From positions 24,561,727-24,615,594 of the forward strand of contig NC_069003.1 of NCBI RefSeq assembly GCF_001194135.2: DNA of 53,868 bases, given 5' to 3'. The translations under genes were made by a program, and so were the position numbers. The notes beneath the pieces were generated by a model. That model was given only the letters and a program-made list of their open reading frames with translations, did not search any database and had not been told where the DNA came from. Below are positions 12,159 to 25,323 of this stretch, in pieces. Source of the DNA: Octopus bimaculoides. Taxonomy: Eukaryota. Numbering within the stretch: the stretch's first letter is position 1; each line of letters begins with the position of its first letter.

Positions 12159-12664
12159 TTATTTATACATACACACTCACATATATATATATATATTACA
12201 AGAATTGAACAAAATAACCGGAACATCAATATTTATTTAATAGTTTTGTTTCTTTGCCCATTGGCAATATGGCAAATTCAAACCTCATCTAGTCTAATAT
12301 ATGTGTCCGTATGCATTACGAATGACTTGCACTGCATGACATAATCCTCTGTTTTTTGTTTTGCTTCTTTCTTTAGTTTTTTTTTTGGGGGGGGGGGGTT
12401 GTAGATATATATATACTCAACTAAGTTAAAATGTACGACCTATCTGATTTCCAAAGAAGATAAATAAATTACTGAAGCTTGAATAGCTCAGTCACTAAAA
12501 TTGCTGAATGTTTTAATGTTTTGAGGAATACCGTCTCTACAATCATGTTGGCATTCCAAACTCAAGTTAAAAACTAATGATGGCAAGCATAATTCTACTT
12601 GCAATGAAAAACTCACAGAGAAGGACCACAGAATAGTGAAACTATTGTGTCTAAAATCTATCAT

Positions 12665-13049
12665 GGAGGCGCAATGGCCTAGTGGTTAGGGCAGTGGACT
12701 CGCAGTCATAGGATCGCGGTTTCGATTCCCAGACCGGGTGTTGTGAGTGTTTATTGAGTGAAAAAACCTAAAAGCTCCACGAGGCTATGGCAGGGGATGG
12801 TGGCAAACCCTGCTGTACTCTTTCCCCACAACTTTCTCTCACTCTTACTTCCTGTTTCTGTTGTGCCTGTAATTCAAAGAGTCAGCCTTGTCACACTGTG
12901 TCACACTGAATATCCCCGAGAACTACGTTAAGGGTACACGTGTCTGTGGAGTGCTCAGCCACTTGCACATTAATTTCATGAGCAGGCTGTTCCGTTGATC
13001 AGATCGACTGGAACCCTCGACGTCGTACGCGACGGAGTGCCAACACACA
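12665..13049 (+). mobile_element. SINE family C with 13-bp TSD
   Basis: TSD CTAAAATCTATCA at 12651-12663 and 13050-13062. Confidence 0.9.
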
Positions 13050-13339
13050 CTAAAATCTATCAAACTACAGCAGCAATGTTATCTTTTCTAATGAATCATC
13101 ATTCATCCTTTTTTCTCATTTTGGAGTGAGTTTATGTCTGAGAGCAACCCAAAGTAGCCTTCAACCCAGACTTTTTAGCACCTCTGTGATGATTTAGCTT
13201 TTTACCTCTTCAGTGGCAGCAGAGTGAAACCACCACCTTATCAATTCTGTGTCAACTAAAACCATTCATTGTGAGCCCTATAAAGTTGGATATCATAGGA
13301 TGGTTGCCGTTGCTAAACTTCTACTAACCCACACCCTTG

Positions 13340-13782
13340 CATCAACAGAGATAAGTGAGAAAATGGTATCTAGACGATCGGATGTGGTCAATGGCTCAAT
13401 GGAGTTATGTCATCTTCTCTGTTGAATCCCCATTCGCTCTTTCTCCCATTTGGGAGCAAGTTTATATCAGAGGACAACCCAAAGAGGCCTTCAACCCAGA
13501 CTGTTGTAGAAACCCTGCTACAACTGAAGAACATTAATAGAGAAATCAGAGAAATGGGGTCTGAAACTCTTGAGGGTTTTATGGGGAAAGTTTTGGAAAG
13601 AGCATGGGCATGCAAAGTTGAAAATGCTTGCCATTTAAGCGATGTCATTTTTCATATGTGATGTAGCGGTGTTGCAAAATTTGACTTGTGCAAATTAATT
13701 TCCATTATGTCCTTTATATTGTATCAAAATTTCATGCATTTATTTGTAAAGTTAAGGGAGTTATTAAAAACTGAAACCCATC
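13340..13782 (+). mobile_element. Tc1 transposase fragment joined to the 3' end of a DD37D/maT-like element
   Basis: WSYVIFSVESPF..RGQPKEAFNPDC is followed at ~13505 by ETLLQLK..GCHLSDVIFHM*, the same family as 46276-47141. A second Tc1 scrap lies at ~13085-13175. Confidence 0.7.
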
Positions 13783-14227
13783 NNNNNNNNNNNNNNNNNN
13801 NNNNNNNNNNNNNNNNNNNNNNNNNNNNNNNNNNNNNNNNNNNNNNNNNNNNNNNNNNNNNNNNNNNNNNNNNNNNNNNNNNNNNNNNNNNNNNNNNNNN
13901 NNNNNNNNNNNNNNNNNNNNNNNNNNNNNNNNNNNNNNNNNNNNNNNNNNNNNNNNNNNNNNNNNNNNNNNNNNNNNNNNNNNNNNNNNNNNNNNNNNNN
14001 NNNNNNNNNNNNNNNNNNNNNNNNNNNNNNNNNNNNNNNNNNNNNNNNNNNNNNNNNNNNNNATTGACCCCAATATTTATCTTTTTCTTAAGTCTGGTAG
14101 TTATTCTATCAGTTTCTTTTTGACGAGTTGCTAGGTTTCAGAGATGTAAACAAACCAAAAACGGTTGTCAAGTGGTGGTGGTGGTGGTGGTGGTGATGGA
14201 CAAACACAGAGACAAAGACACACACAG

Positions 14228-14269
<42 letters not shown>

Positions 14270-15520
14270 TGTTATATCCTTATGCCTCCAATAGTGTAGT
14301 ACAGTTGATATTGTCAACGGTAGATAAGGAATACTCTGTAACAGTGTTATAACAATACAAAACTGTAGTTTAATATTTACACCATTCATTTTTACGTCTA
14401 CGAATTTTCTTGTTTTTGTGTCGCATTCATTTCCTGCTAAAAACACCTTAGTACGTTTTTTGTGTTTGACCCTTGTAATCTTGTCCTGCAGTGTGAACTC
14501 TTGTGACCAAGTTTCTGACAACTATAGCATTTTTGGCTTTTAATCTTTTCTGAACTGTAGGCCTCCACATCCATAACATGGATTTGGGCCTGGCACTCTT
14601 TTTTGGTTGTACTTTCCTGGTCGACACATCTGTATTTTTGCAGAATCTTTCACTTGAATATTTTTCACGTCATGCTTCAGGTTTACCATTGTTTGACATT
14701 CTTCTGCAATGGTTTGTAGGATTAAGTCTTGGTTCACTTGCTCCAATTTTGAGAGAGTCCTTGCTGGAATTTCTCAATCTTTGGTTGCTATAAGGCCTTG
14801 TTCGAAGACAAGGGATTTAAACATTTCCTGAGTGAGTCCCTGAAATTTAAAGTTTTCACACATATGGTTGACTACTCCAGCATATGTAATAAAGTCATCA
14901 TTGTCATTTTTCGTTAAATTCCAACACTCCATTCAAGTGTTAAATAACAAACTTTTATCACTAGAGATCTTTGATAGTAATTCAATAGTTTCTTGGAAAC
15001 AAATCTCACTCAACTTTTTAGGCAATATAAAGTTACAGTAGCGTTCATGCTCAGCCAGAGCTACCTTGCATAGTAATAGCATCACTTTCTCCTCATCTGA
15101 CCATGACTTGCAATCTTTATTTAAAAGTTTCCTGTACCTTCTACAGTATGCAAGAAACATAATACCCTCCTCTGGATTATAAGTGAATTCAGAAATCGAG
15201 TTTGCCACACTATCTGGCGTAAACGAACTTACCAAACTTTCGACCTTCCTTGACTGTAACTTGACTGTAACTGTTGTTGTTGTAATATGTGCTTCAGCAA
15301 CTCTTGTAATTGTTCCTGTTGCTTCTTTTGAAGCTCTATTACTGCAACTAATAGGTTCTCCATAATTTAACAATTTGTATGACACACAAATTGTCAAATA
15401 ATCTACGTGAGCTTTGAAAAATCTTCGTCGCCTGATATTATATCCTTACGCCTCCAATATTGTAGTATGGTTGATATTGTCGGCGATAGATAAAGAATAC
15501 ACTGTAACAGTGATGTAGCT
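14270..15520 (-). mobile_element. Ty3/Gypsy (K02A2.6-like) LTR retroelement remnant: gag + protease start between 85-bp LTRs
   Basis: Direct repeats 14270-14354 (TG..CA) and 15436-15520; PBS-like CAGGCGACGAAGA; gag peptide EFTYNPEEGIMF..EHERYCNFILPK, knuckle CYGCGG and protease RKFVDVKMNG. In-frame stops present. Confidence 0.85.
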
Positions 15521-15598
15521 CAAAATCAAATAAATTCAAAATCACAGGTCAATAGTATTGGAGTGATCAGATAGAAATGTCTTTAGAATTAGACTTAC

Positions 15599-15697
15599 CT
15601 GATAGAACTGTCTGTAAAGTGGTCGATCATAGAAGCTTTCAGATGAAAATTCTTCATTCACATTCTGGATTTCATAGTAAAGCTCCGCATCCTCAAA
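15599..15697 (-). CDS. CCDC17: CCDC17-like exon (0 to 0) [33 protein letters not shown]
   Basis: cttacag acceptor, CAG|gtaagt donor, 99 nt. Confidence 0.85.
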
Positions 15698-16134
15698 CTG
15701 TAAGGAGTAACAGTACTTTGTAAGCAAAAGTACAAGGACATACTGGAGAGTTGGAAGAGAACAGACTGTGTCTGGGGTTGGCCATAGTGGAATTTAAACT
15801 CAGAACATGAAAAGGAGTAACTAAAACCAGTTATTGGTTGTTCTACCAATTCTGCACAAACCAATTTTGCATGAAATTTAATGATCATCAGTAATGCTTA
15901 CTCCATTGCAGGTGGTGAAGTTAATTTCTACTCCGTCAGTATATACAGATTTTATCATTGGTGGGGAGGTTGTCTCCCCTGTCAGTAAATAGAAAATGTG
16001 CTGTCTGCAACTATAGAGTTCTTTGACTTGTATTTCTAGCAATGCTGGTGCTCCCTCCACCCTTCACCACATTTTAGCGACAGTGAATTATTTCCTTTTT
16101 GGTTTTGAATTGTGTCTAGTCACCTTCATTGCTT

Positions 16135-16182
<48 letters not shown>

Positions 16183-19100
16183 GTGTGTGTGTCTATGTTT
16201 GTCCCCATCACTGCTTAAAAACCAGTGTTGGTGTGTTTATGTCTCCATAACCTAGCAGTTTGGCAAAAGTGACTGATAGAATAAGTACCGAGCTTCAAAA
16301 ATATCAATATTGAGACCAATTTGTTTGACTAAAATTCTTTAAGGTGTTGCTCCAGCATGGCCACAGTCTAATGACTGAAACAAGTAAAAGGCAAAAGATT
16401 AAAAGATAAATTAACACTATAACAATAACAACAATAACAACAACAACAACAGCAGCAGCAGTGGCCACTTCCAGAAACCTACCTGGTTCCGTGCTTCAAA
16501 TTCAGCTGCTGAAAGCTTAGCATTGATGGGGAGAGTCTTCAGAGGGACACTGAATTTTCCAAGCTGTGGCTGATGGTATCTATTGAAGAGATGAATCCGT
16601 GTCCAGGCCTGGGTGTACAGACTGTTCCGTTCTGGCGACTGACTGGTGTTCATGGCGATTTGAACCTCAACCACAACACACAGCTTAGAGCTGTAGATCT
16701 TTCTAGACAGAAAAGAAAAAAAAAAAAGGAAATGTATAAATGGAGAAACTGACAGATAATTCTGTTAATTCACCATTTTAGACTGAGAGCTGATTTTATT
16801 GACCTCCTACAAGAATGAAAGGTAAAACTAGCCTCAGCTAGGTTTGAACTCAAACCAGAGATTTTGAACAAACACTACAAAGTATACAGTAATTTTACTT
16901 TGAACCTTATAAAAATGATTGTAAATTAAGTCTATCTAGGTCAGAGGTTTTCAAACTTTTTGACTTGCGGGCCTCTTTATATTTCAGGCTTTACCTTAGG
17001 ACCTCTTTATATTTCAGGCTTTACCCTTATAAACGCTTATGAAATTTATACATAAATATTTGCTTAAAATAACATATATTTTTACATTTATTTATTTAAC
17101 AGTATTTAACAAATAGGTTTATTGTCAATTAAAAGATTTCGTTTAAAAAACGTGTATAAAATCAAATTGCCCATAAAAAGTATTTGCTGTCCACGGACCC
17201 CCTGTCTTGTCCATGCGGACCCCTGTGGTCTGCGGACCACAGTTTGAAAACCCCTGATCTAGGTAAGTAACCAAAACTCACAACAATTTTTAGCATCAAT
17301 TTTAGGTGAGGATAGACAAACGGNNNNNNNNNNNNNNNNNNNNNNNNNNNNNNNNNNNNNNNNNNNNNNNNNNNNNNNNNNNNNNNNNNNNNNNNNNNNN
17401 NNNNNNNNNNNNNNNNNNNNNNNNNNNNNNNNNNNNNNNNNNNNNNNNNNNNNNNNNNNNNNNNNNNNNNNNNNNNNNNNNNNNNNNNNNNNNNNNNNNN
17501 NNNNNNNNNNNNNNNNNNNNNNNNNNNNNNNNNNNNNNNNNNNNNNNNTGTGTGTGTGTGTGTGTGTTTGTCCACTACCACCACCACTTGATAACTGGTG
17601 TTGGTATGTTTATGTCCTTGTGTCCAATAAACACTCACAATGCCCGGTCTGGGAATCAAAACCGTGATCCTATGACCACGAGTCTGCTGCCCTAACCACT
17701 GGGCCATTGCGCCTCCACAATATATAGGAATAATACCTTGGCACTATCTGCTTGTTCACAAACGTTGCAAATCCTTGATATTTGACGTTGTTCTGCCAGT
17801 CTTGCCATTTGTTGCGATAATCACAGACCACTGTTGGGGACATGGTAAGGTCTTCCTCTGCAGCTACTGAACTGGTGCCATTAAACCAATGTAAGAGCAG
17901 CCGACAAATGGTAGCCTCTTCTGGCAGGCCATCAATGAAGTTGTATTGAATATAGAGACCATCCCTGAAGAATTTTGATGAAGACAAAAATTACACAGTG
18001 TAACAAAATTTCTATTCTTTATTTTTTGTTGTTGTCTTGGGTCAGAAAGTGTTATTTCCTATTTGTTTCTATCTAGAAATCAAATGAAATGACTATAACT
18101 ACCTTCAAACTTTGGTTTTTATGACCTGGACAATGTTTTGAAACTTACCTGTTTTTCCATTACATTTTAGAGAGATTTAGTGCTGAGTCACTGAAGTAGA
18201 AATATCGTTATAACAAATATTCTACTCAATACCACAGATTTTCTTGTCAATTGCTTGACCTTAAGTACTTGAGCATATCTCATAGTGGCTGACAATATGT
18301 GCGTCTTTGATCATGAGCAGGGTTAGTGAGGGAGCATCATAGCCATGTGTTGAGAAGGTTTTTTTGGGGTTTGGATAAATGTAACAAAAGCAAACTTTAT
18401 TATAATTTTATCCAATAATAATATTGTATACAACTTGAGATGTTTGCCTTGCCTTAATGCTTGTTGTCCTCTTTAACAATTATCATCATCGTCGTCATCA
18501 TCGTCATTTAACGTCCGCTTTCCATGCTAGAATGGGTGGGACAAAATATATTTGCCAACTAAATGTGGCAGCCCCATAGAGGACGATGTTACTGTTGTTA
18601 TTAGCTCCAGGAAGACATCTCCTCCAGCTGGCTAACAACACACTGTCTGTGTCCCATTAGTATTTGCAAGGAGAGGTTATTGCTCCCATCTCTAGCCTTA
18701 CGTGATACGCATGGACCTGGGTTTCTGGGCAGTTACCCATCTTCAGTACGTGATAATCACCAAATATATAAGATTTTGAGGGGTCCACACAACAAAACAG
18801 TACATAAGATTGCACCTAGAAAGTTACCTTCCGAGGCACAAGTCTAGGCAAGGTTGTTCTTGCCTATGCACACCATACAAACAACTTACACATACACGTG
18901 CTACCAGTTGAAAGCTCCACATACCAGAAGCCAGCAAAGTTTCAGGGCTTACCTCTTGACGGCATCAATGCACACCACTCCCACCGCCCCTCACTGATAT
19001 GGGGCCCCGCTTGCTAGATCAACTCTTTTTAACCAAATCCAGTGGCTAGCCTTTTCCACTGTAGTTTGGATATCAGTCATGGTGGTATTTACTTTACGAT

Positions 19101-19415
19101 GAGTTAGGCCTAACGATAACAACGGTCGTCTCACACACACACACACACAGAGTTCTATGGGCATATAAAGAAACCATAATAGGAGTAACATACCTGCTTG
19201 ACTGACTGTACATGCTTTCTTTGCTTGACTTCACGACTATCTATTTATTAGAAAACACAATAAATCATTATTGTTGTCACATCACTAGTTGAGACAGTTT
19301 TGAATGTGATGGTGGTGGTAATGATGCTAATGGACACGCTGGTGTTGATATTGATAAAACACACACACATACACATCAACACCTTGACACACACCTACAC
19401 ATATGCACACACATC

Positions 19416-19450
<35 letters not shown>

Positions 19451-22082
19451 CAATACACACACACACACACATCGTAGCTTTTAATGATATTGCTATCAAA
19501 GTTGACTCTGATTTAGGAACACAACATTATTATTCTTCAACCCAGTAAATTTTTAAAAAAAGAACAATAAAATCATGGACAATGTAGGATGAACCCCCAA
19601 GCATTCACATTACTCTGTGAAAAGTAGAAGGGTAAAGACCCCCTTCAGTCATGAATGACCATGGGATTGCACCTAGAAAGTTCCCTTCTAAGGCATAAGT
19701 CCAGGCAAGGTTGCTTATGGAAGACCCGCAGTAGCCCATGCATACCAGCCTCCCCTCTCCAAACCACCAATATTATCCAAGGGAAAGGCAAAGGCTGATA
19801 CAGCTTGGCACCAGTGATGTCACAACTCATTTCTTCAGCTGAGTTAACTGGAGCAATGTGAAATAACAACAAATACCAGGTATAATGGTTTACAACTTAG
19901 CTAAATACAGTAAAAGCATCAGGAGCACTTCTCCTTGGCACAAAATCAAACTGTGTCTCATCTAGTCTGTTTCTTTTCCTAATTAATTAGACTATAACTC
20001 TTTGCAACTTTCATGACCAGGTCCACCAATTTAGTACCTCTATAATTACTTCTATTTAACCCACCTGAGACCACCCCAGGTTGTATACATATACTTACTG
20101 TTTTAAAATTGTCTAAATTAATCTTTACTCTGAGCGAGAGGCCTTTTGTCACCAGCAGAGGTAGGAGCTCTCTGAACTTTGCCCAGGCTATTCTTATTCT
20201 AGCAGCTACACTTTCAGAGCATCCACCCCCGCTACTAACTTGGTCACCTAGGTAATGGAAGCTATCAACTACTTGTAGTTTTCTCTCTGAATGTGAAGGA
20301 AGCTGTTTTCTGCACATTTTCAGTGTTTATTGCTCCTGAGCATTTGCCACACACAAAAACTATCTTCCCAGTTAGCCTTCCTTTGATATTGCTACACTTC
20401 TTATGTGTCCATAGCTTACACTGGGTACATCTTATGGAGTTTCTACCTACACCTTTTCTACAGATCGAGCAGGGCCATCTACCTGAAGGGATTTGTGATT
20501 TGTCTGCCTTCCTACTTATTAAGACTTTGGTTTTTGATAGGTTGACTCTAAGATTCTTTGATTCTACTGATGCTAGTCACTGACTTTTTCTAGCAGACTG
20601 GGTGACCCCACTGTAAACCCCTTAATTGCTTATCTCCATTCTATCCCAGTTGGTGGGAGAAATATAATGAACATATCGTAGTCCAACATTAATATCATCA
20701 AGGTGTTATTTTCCTCACCTGATTCCATCGACTCCCAGATACAATCTTATCCAAGTCACGTTGATGCCTTTCTAGTTCTTTCTGTTGTTGAATAATTTCA
20801 ATCTTTTGGTGAAGAAGCAACAGATTTTTCCGATGATCTTTTTCCAGTGTTTCAATATCATCTTTGCAAATTTTTTATTGTTGTAGTAGATTTTTGGTGA
20901 GAGGGGTTAGAAAAGAGAAATGAATATATTATAATGATAATAAAAATAAACATAATAATAATAATAATAATTCTTTCTACTAAAGGCACAAGGCTTGAAA
21001 TTTTGGTGGAAGGGAACTAGTTGACTACATTGACCCCAGTGTTTCACTGGTACTTAATTTATCAACCCTTAAAAAATGAAAGGCAAAGTCAACCTCAGTA
21101 GAATTTGAACTGCAAACAAAGATGGATGAAATACCACAAAGCACTTTCCCCACTGTGCTAATGTCTCTGCTGGCTCCCTATTTCAATGATGATGATGATG
21201 GTGGTGGTGGTGGTGGTGGTAGTGGTGGTGTTTTACATGACCAAATGAACTTACATAATATATTTGGATAATCTAAGGTAGTGTACTGGTCTAGTGGAAT
21301 TTCATCTGGCATTATGTTCTGAGTTCAAATTCCACTGAGGTCGACTTTGCTTTTTATCTTCTTGGTGTTGATAAAATAACTCAGAACATAAAGACAGACA
21401 AAATTTCACTAAGCATTTTCCCCCACATGCTAATGATTCTCCCAGCATGCTACCTTAAAGGAAGTTATATTGAGCACTGAACACCATTAACTGTATTTTT
21501 TGCTGAACACCGAAGAGGTAAATTAATAAGATTATATAACATTTCAACAAACAATTATGTAATCCTGGCAGTTAATTTAGAGAAACATGTGTATGATTTA
21601 TAAATCATAAGATACCAAATATGTTTCCTGTATTTTATTAATACTATATATATGTGTGTGTTAAAATCAAGCCTTTTGCTGAAGAGAAGAAAATCTTTAT
21701 CTTTGACTGCCCTTCAGTTCTACCAAGTAGCTATGATTAGCTACCAGATCACTGAATCAGCTGGGTTCCTCTCCAACAATCTAAAGAAAGATTTATCTAT
21801 AAATCACTTCATAAAATGAGGCCAGAGCTAAACAGTGGCTAAAAACTAATGAGACATTTTACTGTCACATCTTTGGAAAGAAAGCTAGAATTTCAAACAT
21901 GAAGAAAGACTAATGAATTTCATTGAAACAGAGTTAAAGAACAAGTTCCTTACCTTCAGTTTGTGTCTTCTTCCCAAAATCATGGATTTGAATTTGTAGT
22001 TTATTTAACTCGGAAAGTAACTTATCATGTTTCACTTCCATTTCACCAAGCTGTCGGTTCAATTCTGAGGGTAAACTGTCTG

Positions 22083-22135
<53 letters not shown>

Positions 22136-24062
22136 TTGTATATGTATATACATGTGTGTGTGTGTGTGTGTACATGTATGTATGCATGTATATATATATA
22201 TGAGTAGGGCGGTTGACAGGAACTGGTCAGGTAGAAGACTACCCCAGGCTACTGTGTCTGTTTTAGCAGAGTTTTTATGGCTGGATGTCCTTTCTAATAG
22301 GGGAGGGGGATAGTCAATTACATCTACCCCTGTGCTTGACTGGTACCTATTTTCTCGACCTCAAAAGGATGAAAGACAAATTTGACCACAGCAGAATTTG
22401 AACTCAGAATGTAAAGATGTATGAAATGCTATTAACCCAACTGCATCAACCCAAGCACTAGACTGGTACTTATTTTATCGACCCTGAAAGGATGAAAGGC
22501 AAAACTCGACCTCAGCGGAATTTGAACTTAGAATGTGCAAATAGATGAAATTCTGGTAAGCATTCTGCCAGCTCACTGTTTTAACATATCTAAATATTGA
22601 TTTCAAGTTTTGTTACAAGGCCAGCAATTTTGGGGGAGGGCAAAGTTAATCTCATCAAAGATGATGAAAGGCAAAGTTAATCTCAGCAGAAATTGAACTC
22701 AGAACATGCAGACTAATGGAATGCTGCCAAGCATTTTGCCCGATATGCTAACGTTTCTTATTTCTTTACTGCCCACAAGGGGCAAACGGATTAAGTAGAT
22801 TATATCAACCCCAGTGCATATTGAAAAAATCTCTCTCTATCTGTTTACACCATAGCTAGAAGGGGACTTAACTCATGTTTGCAAATGGCTGCAATTTGAA
22901 AATTGTTAGAATTGATGGTTTAAAATAATTTTTAATGCAAAAATTCACATGTTAGGAAGACACCAAAACAAAAATAAATGGCCGATTCTGGGCATTTTCG
23001 ACCATGAGGAATCCATTGGTGCGACTCCCAGATTGCTATCTTGCAAGGTGTGGATTTCTATAGATGCAACACACACACAAACTGTGCTATAATATAGGTA
23101 TAGATAGATACACTATTGATAGAACAGTTACTGCAGTATTGGTCTTGAAATAACATCTCTTACAGATGAGCTGTGTTAAAAACACAATAAATATCAAAGG
23201 GAGACAAAAATTCATTGTAGCAGAGACTAGCAAATAACAGCAAATACCTTTTGGCTTTTTTGCATTACTGATTCAAATTTTCATCTCCTTTTGATATTTA
23301 TTGTGCATTTAACACAGCTCATTGGTAAGAGATCTTATCTCAAGAGAAATACCACAGTAACTGGCTCACTGATTGTGTGTATACATTAAGTATGATACAT
23401 AGATAGCTATTTCAATTTAATACTGCATCAAATGCATATACCAGATTTACTCAGTAGAGTAAAACATTTTTAAAGAAGCTTTTACCTTTGTTTATTGATG
23501 GTTGCTTGAGGTCTGTGACAGTATCTTTCGGAATATCTTGAGGGTTTCTCTCCAGTTCATATTGTCTCATAGCTGTAACATACATACATACATATATACA
23601 TATATATGTATGTATAAACATAATTAAGGGATCAACAAATATTTACTTCACCACATACCGAAGTTCAGAAATAGCAGCTAAAAAAGCTGAGACTCCAACA
23701 GATAGCATTACTTGTAACTCACAAAGGCAAAAACAAGAAGAAAAAACAATGAAAACTAACCATTTGTTCTTTCTTCTTGTTTTTGCCTTTGTGAGTTACA
23801 AGTAATGCTATCTGTTGGAGTCTCAGCTTTTTTAGCTGCTATTTCTGAACTTCGGTATGTGGTGAAGCAAATATTTGCTGATCCCTTAATTATGTTTATA
23901 AATATATTTGAACTTTTAAATAAGTTCTCCATCAATAATGGTGCTTACATACCGAAGGGCTTGGTAAAAATTATTAATTGTTGATTTATTAATAAATTAA
24001 TAAATTAATAATCCTTTACCCTTTTAATTTGTAATAATTATTTATATATGTATGTATATATA

Positions 24063-24114
<52 letters not shown>

Positions 24115-24291
24115 TATATATAAGATACACATACACACACATTGATGTATATACATAGTAATACAGACATGTAAATAATTTATCATTTATTATAAAATGT
24201 AAAATAAATCATTTATATATGATTATTAAGTTGCAAAACAATTGTTAAATATGAATATCCAATGGTAAAATAAATTTTATCATAGTATATT

Positions 24292-24359
<68 letters not shown>

Positions 24360-25287
24360 GGTTGGACAAAATAATCGAAACACTTAGTATCATAGCATCA
24401 TAATTTTGAAATATCTATAAAACCATCAAAAACTTGTTTATTTTTATGTTGTTTGATTTATTGTTAGTGTTGCTTGATATGTTTTGCTAAAATTGCTGTT
24501 TCTTTTCAGATATCATCAGAAAAAAGCAATTAAACAAACGTTGCAAAGCATTTCGAGTGGAGTAAAAACCTACAGAAGTGGTCCTTAGAGCAGTGGANNN
24601 NNNNNNNNNNNNNNNNNNNNNNNNNNNNNNNNNNNNNNNNNNNNNNNNNNNNNNNNNNNNNNNNNNNNNNNNNNNNNNNNNNNNNNNNNNNNNNNNNNNN
24701 NNNNNNNNNNNNNNNNNNNNNNNNNNNNNNNNNNNNNNNNNNNNNNNNNNNNNNNNNNNNNNNNNNNNNNNNNNNNNNNNNNNNNNNNNNNNNNNNNNNN
24801 NNNNNNNNNNNNNNNNNNNNNNNNNNNNNNNNNNNNNNNNNNNNNNNNNNNNNNNNNNNNNNNNNNNNNNNNNNNNNNNNNNNNNNNNNNNNNNNNNNNN
24901 NNNNNNNNNNNNNNNNNNNNNNNNNNNNNNNNNNNNNNNNNNNNNNNNNNNNNNNNNNNNNNNNNNNNNNNNNNNNNNNNNNNNNNNNNNNNNNNNNNNN
25001 NNNNNNNNNNNNNNNNNNNNNNNNNNNNNNNNNNNNNNNNNNNNNNNNNNNNNNNNNNNNNNNNNNNNNNNNNNNNNNNNNNNNNNNNAACTTTTCATCA
25101 TCACTACAAGATCTGGAGACTGTTTTAGCTGAAGAATGGACAAAAATTCCTTTGAAAACAATTCAAACTTTGTACGAGTCCATACCTCATAGAATTCAAG
25201 GTGTAATTACTGCCAAAGGCAGTCGTATCCCATATTAAAATAAATTTGTTTGAAATTTTAAGGTGTTTCCATTATTTTGTCCAACCC

Positions 25288-25323
<36 letters not shown>

